Assembly (NCBI GenBank): GCA_946547105.1
Contig: CAMNOV010000002.1
Coordinates: forward strand, 5,055-69,054
Length of the DNA stretch: 64,000 bases
Direction of reading: 5' to 3'
Source of the DNA: an uncultured Clostridia bacterium
GTDB lineage: Bacteria; Bacillota; Clostridia; Oscillospirales; Oscillospiraceae
In this document: in pieces, positions 25,267 to 33,396 of the stretch
How the letters are laid out: every line of letters begins with the position of its first letter
Position numbering within the stretch: position 1 is the stretch's first letter
Notes under the pieces: generated by a model
Database searches by the model: none
Told to the model about the DNA's origin: nothing
The model's input: only the letters and a program-made list of their open reading frames with translations
Made by a program: the position numbers and the translations under genes

Positions 25267-26637
25267 ATGGTAAAAGTCATTACATACGGAACCTATGATC
25301 TCCTGCATTATGGACATATCCGTTTGCTGCAGCGGGCCAAGGCGCTGGGCGATTATCTGATCGTCGGCGTGACGGCGGACGATTTTGACCGGAAACGGGG
25401 CAAAATCAACGTTCAGCAGTCGCTGATGGAACGGATCGAGGCGGTCAAGGCCACCGGTCTTGCCGACGAGATCATCGTGGAAGAATACGAAGGGCAGAAG
25501 ATCGACGATATCCGGAAATATCACATCGATATTTTCACGGTCGGATCCGACTGGGTCGGGGTTTTCGACTATCTGCGCGAATACTGCCAGGTCGTCTATC
25601 TGCCTCGTACGAAGGGCGTTTCCAGCTCGGAACTGAGGACGGAGAAACAGAAGCTCCGCTTCGGCCTGGTAGGGGAAGCGGCCTATCTGAATAAATTTGC
25701 CCGGGAATGCAGCTTCGTCAACGGGACGCAGATCGTCGGCGTCTGCTCCGAAACGAAGGAGGAGGCGGGGAAGCTCGGCGAGTATCCGGTCCTTACCGAT
25801 GATCTGAACGAGCTGCTGGACCAGTCCGATGCGGTCTATATCACGTCACATCCCAGCCTGCACTTTGAGCAGATCCGTCTTGCCCTGGAAAAGGGCAAGC
25901 ACGTTTTGTGCGAAGCCCCGCTTGCTTTGAACGAGGCGCAGCTCCGGGAGCTTTCCGAACTGGCCGGCAAAAACGGCTGTATTCTGACGGAAGGCTTGAA
26001 AACCGCATATTCAACGGCATACACCCGGCTGATCCTGCTTGTGAAGGGCGGGGCCATCGGAAAACCTGTTTCCGTGGATGCGACATGTACCAGCCTGCGC
26101 GATCTATCCGCCATGACGGAGGAGGATCTGAACCGCTATTGGAATACCATCTGCGCCTGGGGCCCGACGGCAATGCTTCCCGTGTTTCATATTCTCGGCA
26201 CCGATTGGCGGGAGAGCAGGATCACGACCAAGCTGCTGGATGGAAGCAACGATTTTGACGTTTTTTCCAAAATCGATTTTACCTATTCGGATGCAGTCGC
26301 TACGGTTAAGGTCGGCAAGGGGATCAAGTCCGAAGGCGAGCTGATCGTCTCCGGCACGAAGGGATATATTTATGTTCCCGCACCCTGGTGGAAGACGGAC
26401 TATTTCGAGGTCCGCTACGAAAACCAGACTGAGAACAAACGGTATTTTTATCAGCTGGACGGCGAGGGCATCCGTTATGAGATCTCGGCCTTCCTGCGGA
26501 TGATCCGCTATGGGAACGGGGATTATTATATTTCCCGGGAAATCAGCAGAGGCTTTGCCCGGCTGATGCAGCAGTTTTATCACGGAGACTATACCTGTCT
26601 TGGCAGCAGCCTCATGAAAGCTGAAGACGAGCCTTGA
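25267..26637 (+). CDS. fusion: TagD-like glycerol-3-phosphate cytidylyltransferase (N) + Gfo/Idh/MocA-family oxidoreductase (C)
   Basis: N-terminal ~130 aa 'VITYGTYDLLHYGHIRLLQRAKALGDYLIVGV..DDF....K' and 'VGSDW.G.FDYL...C.VVYLPRT.GVSSS.LR' are close to B. subtilis TagD. Residues ~135-456, 'LRFGLVG.......F......V.G.QIVGV' and 'EKGKHVLCEAPLA', form a Gfo/Idh/MocA Rossmann domain. Confidence 0.8.
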   Translation: MVKVITYGTYDLLHYGHIRLLQRAKALGDYLIVGVTADDFDRKRGKINVQQSLMERIEAVKATGLADEIIVEEYEGQKIDDIRKYHIDIFTVGSDWVGVFDYLREYCQVVYLPRTKGVSSSELRTEKQKLRFGLVGEAAYLNKFARECSFVNGTQIVGVCSETKEEAGKLGEYPVLTDDLNELLDQSDAVYITSHPSLHFEQIRLALEKGKHVLCEAPLALNEAQLRELSELAGKNGCILTEGLKTAYSTAYTRLILLVKGGAIGKPVSVDATCTSLRDLSAMTEEDLNRYWNTICAWGPTAMLPVFHILGTDWRESRITTKLLDGSNDFDVFSKIDFTYSDAVATVKVGKGIKSEGELIVSGTKGYIYVPAPWWKTDYFEVRYENQTENKRYFYQLDGEGIRYEISAFLRMIRYGNGDYYISREISRGFARLMQQFYHGDYTCLGSSLMKAEDEP

Positions 26638-26658
26638 ACTGGGCAATTGAGAGACAGT

Positions 26659-27762
26659 ATGAAGAAACGTTGTTTGCTGATCACAGCTTCGCTTCGTATC
26701 GGCGGGGCGGAGAAAGTCGCCAGAGACATCGGCATGAACGCCCGGCGAATGGGCTACGAGGTCGATTACCTCGTTTTCGGTGATGAAGTCTGCGGCTATG
26801 AGCGGGAACTGGAGAACGTCGGCTGCCGGATGATCCATATTCCGTCGCCGTCAGAAAGCTACAGCCGCTATATGAATACGCTGAAGCGGCTGATGACGGA
26901 AAATCATTATACCGTCGTCCATGCACATACCATGTTCAATATCGGCTGGGCGATGCTGGCGGCCAGACAGTGCGGGGTGCCGATCCGCATCGCACACGCA
27001 CACTCGGCCTTGACAAACGGAACAGATATCAAAAAAAGCATCTATGAACATATCATGCGACGGCTGATTCTGCACGATGCGACCGATCTGGTCGCCTGCG
27101 GAGACGCCGCCGGGATCCGGCTTTTCGGAAAGACCGCTTATGAAAAAAGAGGAAAATGTATCCTCAACGGCATTGACGTCGATCGCTTTGCGTTCAGTAA
27201 AGAGGCAAGAGACAGAATTCGAAATGATCTGAAGATCCGGGACGCCTTTGTCATCGGCCACGTCGGGCATCTGGCGGCGGTCAAAAACCAGGCCTTCCTG
27301 ATCCGGCTTCTTCCGCAAATCCTTGAAAAGAAACCGAACGCGAAGCTGCTGCTGCTCGGCGAGGGCGAGGATCGGGAGAAGCTGAAAACAATGATCCGTG
27401 ATGCAAAGATCGAGGATCGGGTGATCATGACGGGAAATGTCCGGAACGTTTCGGATTACCTCAGTGCCATGGATGTATTTGCTTTCCCATCGATCTATGA
27501 GGGAATGCCGCTTTCCATCGTGGAGGTGCAGGCCAATGGGCTCCCCTGTGTTTTGTCGACCGGGGTGCCTCGTGACGTATATTTTACGGATCTGCTCAAG
27601 CCTCTTTCACTGGAATGTCCTGCTGCCTGGGCGGAGGCGATCTGCCGGACCGGGCGCGGCGAGCCGGGGCGTTATGCAGCCTTGCTGAAGGACTGTGGCC
27701 TGGATACGGAAGAGATCATGCGGAAATATACGGAAATCTACGAAAGAGTTGAAACTACTTGA
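26659..27762 (+). CDS. GT4-family glycosyltransferase
   Basis: Start at ATG 26659. 'CLLITASLRIGGAEKVARD' and 'FAFPSIYEGMPLSIVEVQANGLPCV.S'. Confidence 0.85.
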   Translation: MKKRCLLITASLRIGGAEKVARDIGMNARRMGYEVDYLVFGDEVCGYERELENVGCRMIHIPSPSESYSRYMNTLKRLMTENHYTVVHAHTMFNIGWAMLAARQCGVPIRIAHAHSALTNGTDIKKSIYEHIMRRLILHDATDLVACGDAAGIRLFGKTAYEKRGKCILNGIDVDRFAFSKEARDRIRNDLKIRDAFVIGHVGHLAAVKNQAFLIRLLPQILEKKPNAKLLLLGEGEDREKLKTMIRDAKIEDRVIMTGNVRNVSDYLSAMDVFAFPSIYEGMPLSIVEVQANGLPCVLSTGVPRDVYFTDLLKPLSLECPAAWAEAICRTGRGEPGRYAALLKDCGLDTEEIMRKYTEIYERVETT

Positions 27763-28868
27763 TCAAAATCCTCTTTTTTATTGAAACTCTCGAGGGCGGC
27801 GGTGCGGAAAAGGTACTGCGGGACCTCGTCAACCATATGGATCAAACAAAATTTGATATTACCGTCCAAACGGTTTGGCCCTGTGATTCTTCCAAGCTTC
27901 TCGTGCCCGGGGTTCGCTATAAAACAACGTTCCGGGAAAAAAATAAAATCAATCAACAGAGATACCGGGTGGAGGCGGAGCTCAGGATCCTGTATCAGCT
28001 GCATATCAAAGATGACTATGATATCGAGTGCGCTTATCTGGAAATGGGGCCGACCAAGGTAATGGCCGCATCTACGAACAAAAAGGCAAAAAAGCTGGCC
28101 TGGGTGCACTGCGATCTGACGAAGGCGGTCGGATACCCTATAGCGTATGCAAGGAAAACCGCTTCCTGGTATGCGAAATATGACCAGGTCGTCTGTGTAT
28201 CGCAGCGGGTCAAGGAAAGTTTTGACCAGGTTTTCCAAAATCAATTTGATTCGGTGGTTTCGCATAATGTGATCGATGACGCTGCTATCCGGGAAAAGGC
28301 AGGTGCCCCGCTGGGAGATGGGATGCAGAAACGGAGATTTACGGTCCTTTCTGTTGGACGTCTCTCCACACCCAAAAAATACATCCGTCTTTTGGAAGCG
28401 CACCGAAGGCTTTTGGGCGAGGGGCTGGCGCATGACCTTTGGATCCTTGGCGAAGGGCCGGAGCGGGAAAAACTTGAACAGTACGTTGCAGTTCATAAGC
28501 TTCAGAATTCTGTCTGGATGCCTGGGTTTATCGAGAATCCTTATCCTTTTATGCGCGAAGCAGATCTGCTGACTTGTTCTTCAATATATGAGGGTTACAG
28601 CACATTCGCAACGGAGGGCGTTATCCTCGGCAAGCCGATCGTAACAACGGAAGTATCCGGTATGCGCGAGCTGCTGGGCAATTCGGAGTTCGGGATGATC
28701 GTCGACAATAACGACGAAGCGTTTTATCAAGGCTTGAAGAAAATGCTGTGTGATGACTCATTACGAAAGAATTTTGCTGCAAAAGCAGAACGGCGCGGAC
28801 ATCAATTCACGGCTGAAGAGCTGACGAATGAAAATGAGCGTTTTTTTGAAGAATTGCTCATTTCATAA
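27759..28868 (+). CDS. GT4-family glycosyltransferase
   Basis: TTG start overlapping the upstream TGA (TTGA). 'IKILFFIETLEGGGAEKVLRDL' and 'LTCSSIYEGYSTFATEGVILGKPIVTTEVSGMRELL'. Confidence 0.85.
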   Translation: MIKILFFIETLEGGGAEKVLRDLVNHMDQTKFDITVQTVWPCDSSKLLVPGVRYKTTFREKNKINQQRYRVEAELRILYQLHIKDDYDIECAYLEMGPTKVMAASTNKKAKKLAWVHCDLTKAVGYPIAYARKTASWYAKYDQVVCVSQRVKESFDQVFQNQFDSVVSHNVIDDAAIREKAGAPLGDGMQKRRFTVLSVGRLSTPKKYIRLLEAHRRLLGEGLAHDLWILGEGPEREKLEQYVAVHKLQNSVWMPGFIENPYPFMREADLLTCSSIYEGYSTFATEGVILGKPIVTTEVSGMRELLGNSEFGMIVDNNDEAFYQGLKKMLCDDSLRKNFAAKAERRGHQFTAEELTNENERFFEELLIS

Positions 28869-28919
28869 TTGCTAAGGAAAACAGCATTTCTAAACTTCAT
28901 TACAGATCGGAGAACATCC

Positions 28920-30017
28920 ATGACAGTATATACCTGGATGGTCGTCCTGCTGTTGTTGGCAGCCCTACTGCTCAATGGCAATAAAAAAGGAAATATCAAA
29001 TTTATATTGATCGCATTCCTGCTGGTTTTTGCTGTGCTTGGCCTGCGGAACGTCAATACCGCCGGTTTGGATTCATCAGGCGCTTCCGGCTCTTATCCTG
29101 TCATTTTCCGGCGATATGGGCAGACGGCATGGGGGGCTCTATACAGCGAAGGCGGTGAAAACTTCAATATCGGTTTTAAGTATTTATCAAAAGGGCTGTA
29201 TGAGCTAACAGATGGCGATTACCAGCTGTATGTTACGATACTGATGTTTTTCGTCATTTTTTCCTACATGCGTTTTATCAAAAAGTATTCGCCCTCTCCG
29301 CTTCAGAGCGTTCTTTATTTGCTTGGACTTTTGTATTTTACGCTTTTGATGGATGCGCTGAAGCAGGCGCTGGCCATGTCCGTCCTTCTGTTTGCATTTG
29401 ATGCGATCTTTGAGAAAAAGCCTGTCAAGTTTGTCCTGCTTGTGCTGCTGGCGGCCTCTTTCCATTTTCCTGCGCTGGTTTTTCTGCCTGCCTACTGGCT
29501 GGCAAAAATGCGGGTGGGAAGGAATTACCTGCTCCTGCTTGCTCTGATCCTCATTGTGACCTATTTCTTCCGTGAGCAGATCCTGAATCTGATGCTGAGC
29601 GCTTACGGCGGAGAGGATGTCAACGCTAGTCTGGAGGGCATACGTTTTCTACGAAATAAGGCTGTTATTATGATCGTCATCGTTGTAGCGGCGGTGACCC
29701 TCCGGCCTCCGACCGAGGGCGACTCGGTTTACAATGCCTGCCTGGTGTTCACCGGTGTTGCTATCGTGATCCAGACTTTCTGCGGCTACAACAACATTTT
29801 TGAACGCCTGGCCGACTATTATTTCCATACTGCGATCATTTTTATCCCGCTGGTATTTGAAAAATGCGCTCTGAAACGACATGCTCTGGATCTTGGAACA
29901 GAACTGATGATTAAAGAGCTTGGAACGCCAATTTTCTGCGCGTTCGCGATATGGCGCTTCCTATCGACCGTCAACAATTCGTGGTATTATTCGGGCATTC
30001 AGATGCTGTGGCAGTAA
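28920..30017 (+). CDS. EpsG-family polytopic membrane protein (Wzy-type polymerase candidate)
   Basis: Start at ATG 28920. About 10 predicted TM helices. 'MDALKQALAMSVLLFAF' resembles the EpsG-family R/KQ..A motif. Confidence 0.65.
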   Translation: MTVYTWMVVLLLLAALLLNGNKKGNIKFILIAFLLVFAVLGLRNVNTAGLDSSGASGSYPVIFRRYGQTAWGALYSEGGENFNIGFKYLSKGLYELTDGDYQLYVTILMFFVIFSYMRFIKKYSPSPLQSVLYLLGLLYFTLLMDALKQALAMSVLLFAFDAIFEKKPVKFVLLVLLAASFHFPALVFLPAYWLAKMRVGRNYLLLLALILIVTYFFREQILNLMLSAYGGEDVNASLEGIRFLRNKAVIMIVIVVAAVTLRPPTEGDSVYNACLVFTGVAIVIQTFCGYNNIFERLADYYFHTAIIFIPLVFEKCALKRHALDLGTELMIKELGTPIFCAFAIWRFLSTVNNSWYYSGIQMLWQ

Positions 30018-30028
30018 AGGAACAAAGC

Positions 30029-31069
30029 ATGTTGATCAGCGTGATCATTCCGGCCTATCAATGCGCCGATACAATTGAAAAAACAGTAGACAGTATCCTC
30101 GCATCCGGCCTTTCTGATGTTGAAATCGTTATGATTGACGACGGGTCACAGGATGGAACGGCAGAACACTGCGATTCTATTGCAGAGAAGTATCCCTGTG
30201 TTCGCTGCATTCATCAGAAGAACGCAGGCGTCTCGGCGGCCAGAAACAGGGGCTTGAAAGAGGCGAGGGGAGAATATGTCTGGTTTTTTGACGCTGATGA
30301 CAGTGTAGATGAGAACGCTTTGTCTGATGCAGAATCTATCCTAATAAAAGCTTCGCCGGACATGCTTGTGTTTGGAATGAGCTTTGACCATTACAGTAAG
30401 GGGAAGCGATATCGCCGGGATGAACTGCTCCCGCCTTTGGAAGGCCCGGCACACACAGGGGAACTAAGCACTGAATTGTTTATGTTGTATCAAAAAAATG
30501 TGCTCAGTTCTCTTTGCAACAGAATTATAAAAAGAAACATTCTTGTACAGATGCACCAGTGGCTTCGTGAAGACATGTTTCTGTATGAAGATATGGAGTT
30601 CACACTTCGCATTTGGAAACACTGCGAAAATGTGTATTTCCTCAGAGAGCCGATTTACCGTTATCGTCAGGCGGAAGACGGAGGAAATGCCGGGCGCAGA
30701 TTGATGAGGATACCTCATATCCCGGCGCTTCTCGATCAGATCGAAGCGGCTCTGGATGGCGTGGCGGACAAGAACAGGATCCTTCTGTCCCTGTGTCTGA
30801 CCCTGGCAAGAGAAAAAATCAGCGCTGCATCCGTGACTGACATCGAAACAGTCTGCACGGATTTTAAACAATGGGTCGATGCGCATGATCTGCTGCCTGA
30901 GATCCAAAACAGGGAATATGCCATGCGGATCTATGATGCGAGGATAATCAGCCTCGTTGTAAAAAGAAACATCAGCAAGATCCGGCATCGGGCGGCCAAC
31001 TGGGTGAAGCGGAATATCGGAGATTTCAGAAAATGGACTTATGGTTCCGGTAAGGAAGGAAAACAATAG
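30029..31069 (+). CDS. GT2-family glycosyltransferase
   Basis: Start at ATG 30029 (RBS AAGGAAcaaagc). 'ISVIIPAYQCADTIEKTVDSIL', 'VMIDDGSQDGT' and 'FFDADD'. Confidence 0.85.
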   Translation: MLISVIIPAYQCADTIEKTVDSILASGLSDVEIVMIDDGSQDGTAEHCDSIAEKYPCVRCIHQKNAGVSAARNRGLKEARGEYVWFFDADDSVDENALSDAESILIKASPDMLVFGMSFDHYSKGKRYRRDELLPPLEGPAHTGELSTELFMLYQKNVLSSLCNRIIKRNILVQMHQWLREDMFLYEDMEFTLRIWKHCENVYFLREPIYRYRQAEDGGNAGRRLMRIPHIPALLDQIEAALDGVADKNRILLSLCLTLAREKISAASVTDIETVCTDFKQWVDAHDLLPEIQNREYAMRIYDARIISLVVKRNISKIRHRAANWVKRNIGDFRKWTYGSGKEGKQ

Positions 31070-31932
31070 TGGAACAAGGAAAATACTATAAGCTTATAAC
31101 TTCTGATTCAAGAAACAATTATTTCAATTTCAGAGAGGTCTGGCAATACAAGGATATGATCCTGCTGCTTGTCAAGCGCAATTTCGTATCGCGGTATAAG
31201 CAGACGATCCTGGGCCCGGCCTGGGCGGTGATCCAGCCGCTGCTCACAACGATCGTGTTCACTTTTATCTTCGGCAACGTTGCCGGACTTGCCAACTGCG
31301 GCACTGTGCCGACCTTCCTGTTTTATATGTGCGGCAATATTGCCTGGCACTTTTTCTCCGGATGTCTGAGCGGCACGGCCAATACTTTTGTTTCAAATCG
31401 CGGGATCATGGGCAAGGTTTATTTCCCGAGAATCAGTATGCCCATTGCTACGGTACTCAGCAACCTGATCGGTTTTGGGATCCAGTCTGCCATGTTTCTT
31501 GCCTTCCTTGTGATTTATCATTTCGTTCCCGGCTATAGCATCGGAACAAACTGGTATGTGCTGATGGCTCCTCTCCTTATCTTGGAGGCTGCCGTTTTGG
31601 GTCTGGGCTGCGGTATCATCATCTCTGCGATGACCACAAAATATCGGGATCTTCAGTTTCTGGTTTCTTTCGGCGTGTCACTTTGGATGTATGCAACTCC
31701 CGTGGCCTATTCCATGGATCTGTTTGAGGGCTCTGCAGTTCTGTATATCATCGCCCGGGCCAACCCCATGTCTCCGATCGTTGAAATGCTGCGTTACGGA
31801 TTTCTCGGCGGGGAAGCGGGCTCTGTCGACTGGATGTCCTACGGCTGGTCCTGGATCTTCACCCTGGTCATACTGACTTGGGGCGTCTCTCTGTTCAACA
31901 AGGTGGAACGCACCTTTATGGACACCGTCTGA
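31069..31932 (+). CDS. tagG: ABC-2 type polysaccharide/teichoic-acid export permease (TagG/Wzm-like)
   Basis: GTG start overlapping the upstream TAG by 1 nt. 'LLLVKRNFVSRYKQTILGPAWAVIQPLLTT.VFTFIFG' is the canonical Wzm/TagG N-terminus. 6 TM helices. Confidence 0.85.
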   Translation: MEQGKYYKLITSDSRNNYFNFREVWQYKDMILLLVKRNFVSRYKQTILGPAWAVIQPLLTTIVFTFIFGNVAGLANCGTVPTFLFYMCGNIAWHFFSGCLSGTANTFVSNRGIMGKVYFPRISMPIATVLSNLIGFGIQSAMFLAFLVIYHFVPGYSIGTNWYVLMAPLLILEAAVLGLGCGIIISAMTTKYRDLQFLVSFGVSLWMYATPVAYSMDLFEGSAVLYIIARANPMSPIVEMLRYGFLGGEAGSVDWMSYGWSWIFTLVILTWGVSLFNKVERTFMDTV

Positions 31933-31976
31933 GCACGGATCGGAACAAATTTGATTTCATCAGTAGGGTAACAACG

Positions 31977-33263
31977 ATGGCTGAAGATATTTTGAGAATT
32001 GATCATATCAGCAAAGAATACCGTCTCGGCATGATCGGCGGCACGACACTCCGCGATGAGCTGCAGCGTCGGCGCGCCAAACGGAAAGGGCTGGAGGATC
32101 CAACCAGCAAGATCGGCGACAAAAACGTCGGCAGAATAGGCGAAACTTTCCTCGCTTTGGACGACGTCAGTTTTACCGTAAAGCATGGTGAGCGTATCGG
32201 GATCATCGGGCACAACGGCGCGGGCAAATCCACACTGCTCAAGCTGATCTGCCGGATCACGGCGCCGACCAAAGGAAGCATCGAGATGAACGGAAGGATC
32301 GCTTCCATGCTCGAAGTCGGAACCGGCTTTCACCCGGAGCTCAGCGGCAGGGAGAACATCTACATGAACGGCGCGATCCTCGGCATGACCAAGGCCGAGA
32401 TCGACAAAAAGATCGAGGAGATCATCGACTTTTCCGAATGCCGACAATTCATCGACACCCCGGTCAAGCGCTATTCCTCCGGCATGTATGTCAAGCTGGC
32501 CTTCTCCGTGGCGGCTCATTTGGATTCCGAGATCATGATTATGGATGAGGTGCTGGCCGTCGGCGACATGGCTTTCCAGAGAAAATGCATCGCAAAAATG
32601 AGCGAGATTTCCAAAGCTCAGGGAAGAACGATCCTGTACGTCAGCCATAATATGGGGACTATTAGACAGCTTTGCGACAGATGCATTGTGCTGGATCATG
32701 GACACTTGATTTTTGATGGTGATGTCGATAAAGCTATTTCTCTGTATTTGGATACCAATATTGAGGAAAAAACTCATTACAGTTTCAGAGATAATACTAA
32801 CAGTAAAGACGTTGTTACCGGGGAAGTTAAGGTACAGGAGCTGGAAATACTGGATAAAACAACTATGTTTTATTTCGGTTCCAGAATGAAGGTATCGTTA
32901 GTGGTTGATGTCCATAAAGCAGTGGAAAGTCTGCAATTCAGGTTTATTTTTCTCACATCCGGCGGAATGGCTGTTGCTGCTACGACAACTGAAAGAGTAT
33001 GTCTTCAAGCCGGCAAAAATCAAAGATTGAATTTCGAACTGGATATTTCCCATTTGGCGCCGGCGTGTTATTATGTAAAGATCATCGCTGCGGAAATTGA
33101 TGATGCCGGAATTCAAATCAGACACGATCGTGTAGCACAGGCTTTTGCATTTACTATCCAGAACTTTGATGGACTAAGGCCAGTTAAGTGGGATTGTACA
33201 TATTGGGGGAATTATGCGATTGATCTCACCAAGACTTTAGGAGAGACAGCAGAAATATCATAG
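31977..33263 (+). CDS. tagH: polysaccharide/teichoic-acid export ATP-binding protein (TagH/Wzt-like) with ~180-aa C-terminal beta-rich extension
   Basis: Start at ATG 31977. 'LRIDHISKEY', Walker A 'GHNGAGKST', signature 'YSSGMYVKLAF' and Walker B 'IMIMDEVLAVGD'. Residues ~250-429 resemble a Wzt C-terminal carbohydrate-binding domain. Confidence 0.85.
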   Translation: MAEDILRIDHISKEYRLGMIGGTTLRDELQRRRAKRKGLEDPTSKIGDKNVGRIGETFLALDDVSFTVKHGERIGIIGHNGAGKSTLLKLICRITAPTKGSIEMNGRIASMLEVGTGFHPELSGRENIYMNGAILGMTKAEIDKKIEEIIDFSECRQFIDTPVKRYSSGMYVKLAFSVAAHLDSEIMIMDEVLAVGDMAFQRKCIAKMSEISKAQGRTILYVSHNMGTIRQLCDRCIVLDHGHLIFDGDVDKAISLYLDTNIEEKTHYSFRDNTNSKDVVTGEVKVQELEILDKTTMFYFGSRMKVSLVVDVHKAVESLQFRFIFLTSGGMAVAATTTERVCLQAGKNQRLNFELDISHLAPACYYVKIIAAEIDDAGIQIRHDRVAQAFAFTIQNFDGLRPVKWDCTYWGNYAIDLTKTLGETAEIS

Positions 33264-33396
33264 AAAGAACCAGAGGCTGACAGCCAGCTCAGATTCCTTT
33301 TCGTAGATAGAGCGATCAAAGTATTGTTCCCGCTGACTATATGATAGGCTTTTATAGCAAAACGAAAGAATCTATGTTCTGCTTGGGGGAAGAGAG

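Noticed and set aside
24103-25524. 473-aa minus-strand ORF; the same reasoning applies to 33424-34782, 41436-42623, 44811-46226, 50848-52134, 58936-60102, 60233-61369 and 62330-63322
   Set aside because: All are mirror-frame ORFs opposite well-supported genes (aminotransferase, 703-aa protein, aminopeptidase, surface protein, acyltransferase, SBP, permeases, GH5). None has an RBS or a recognisable domain.
12224-26637. 2-aminoethylphosphonate (AEP) pathway (PEP mutase + decarboxylase + PhnW + cytidylyltransferase + LicD)
   Set aside because: The TIM-barrel protein at 12224 fits HpcH/HpaI ('DRIWVDLEY') better than PEP mutase. No ThDP-dependent phosphonopyruvate decarboxylase is present. The candidate genes are 11 kb apart. 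The class-V aminotransferase could still be PhnW-like, so HMM checks are worthwhile.
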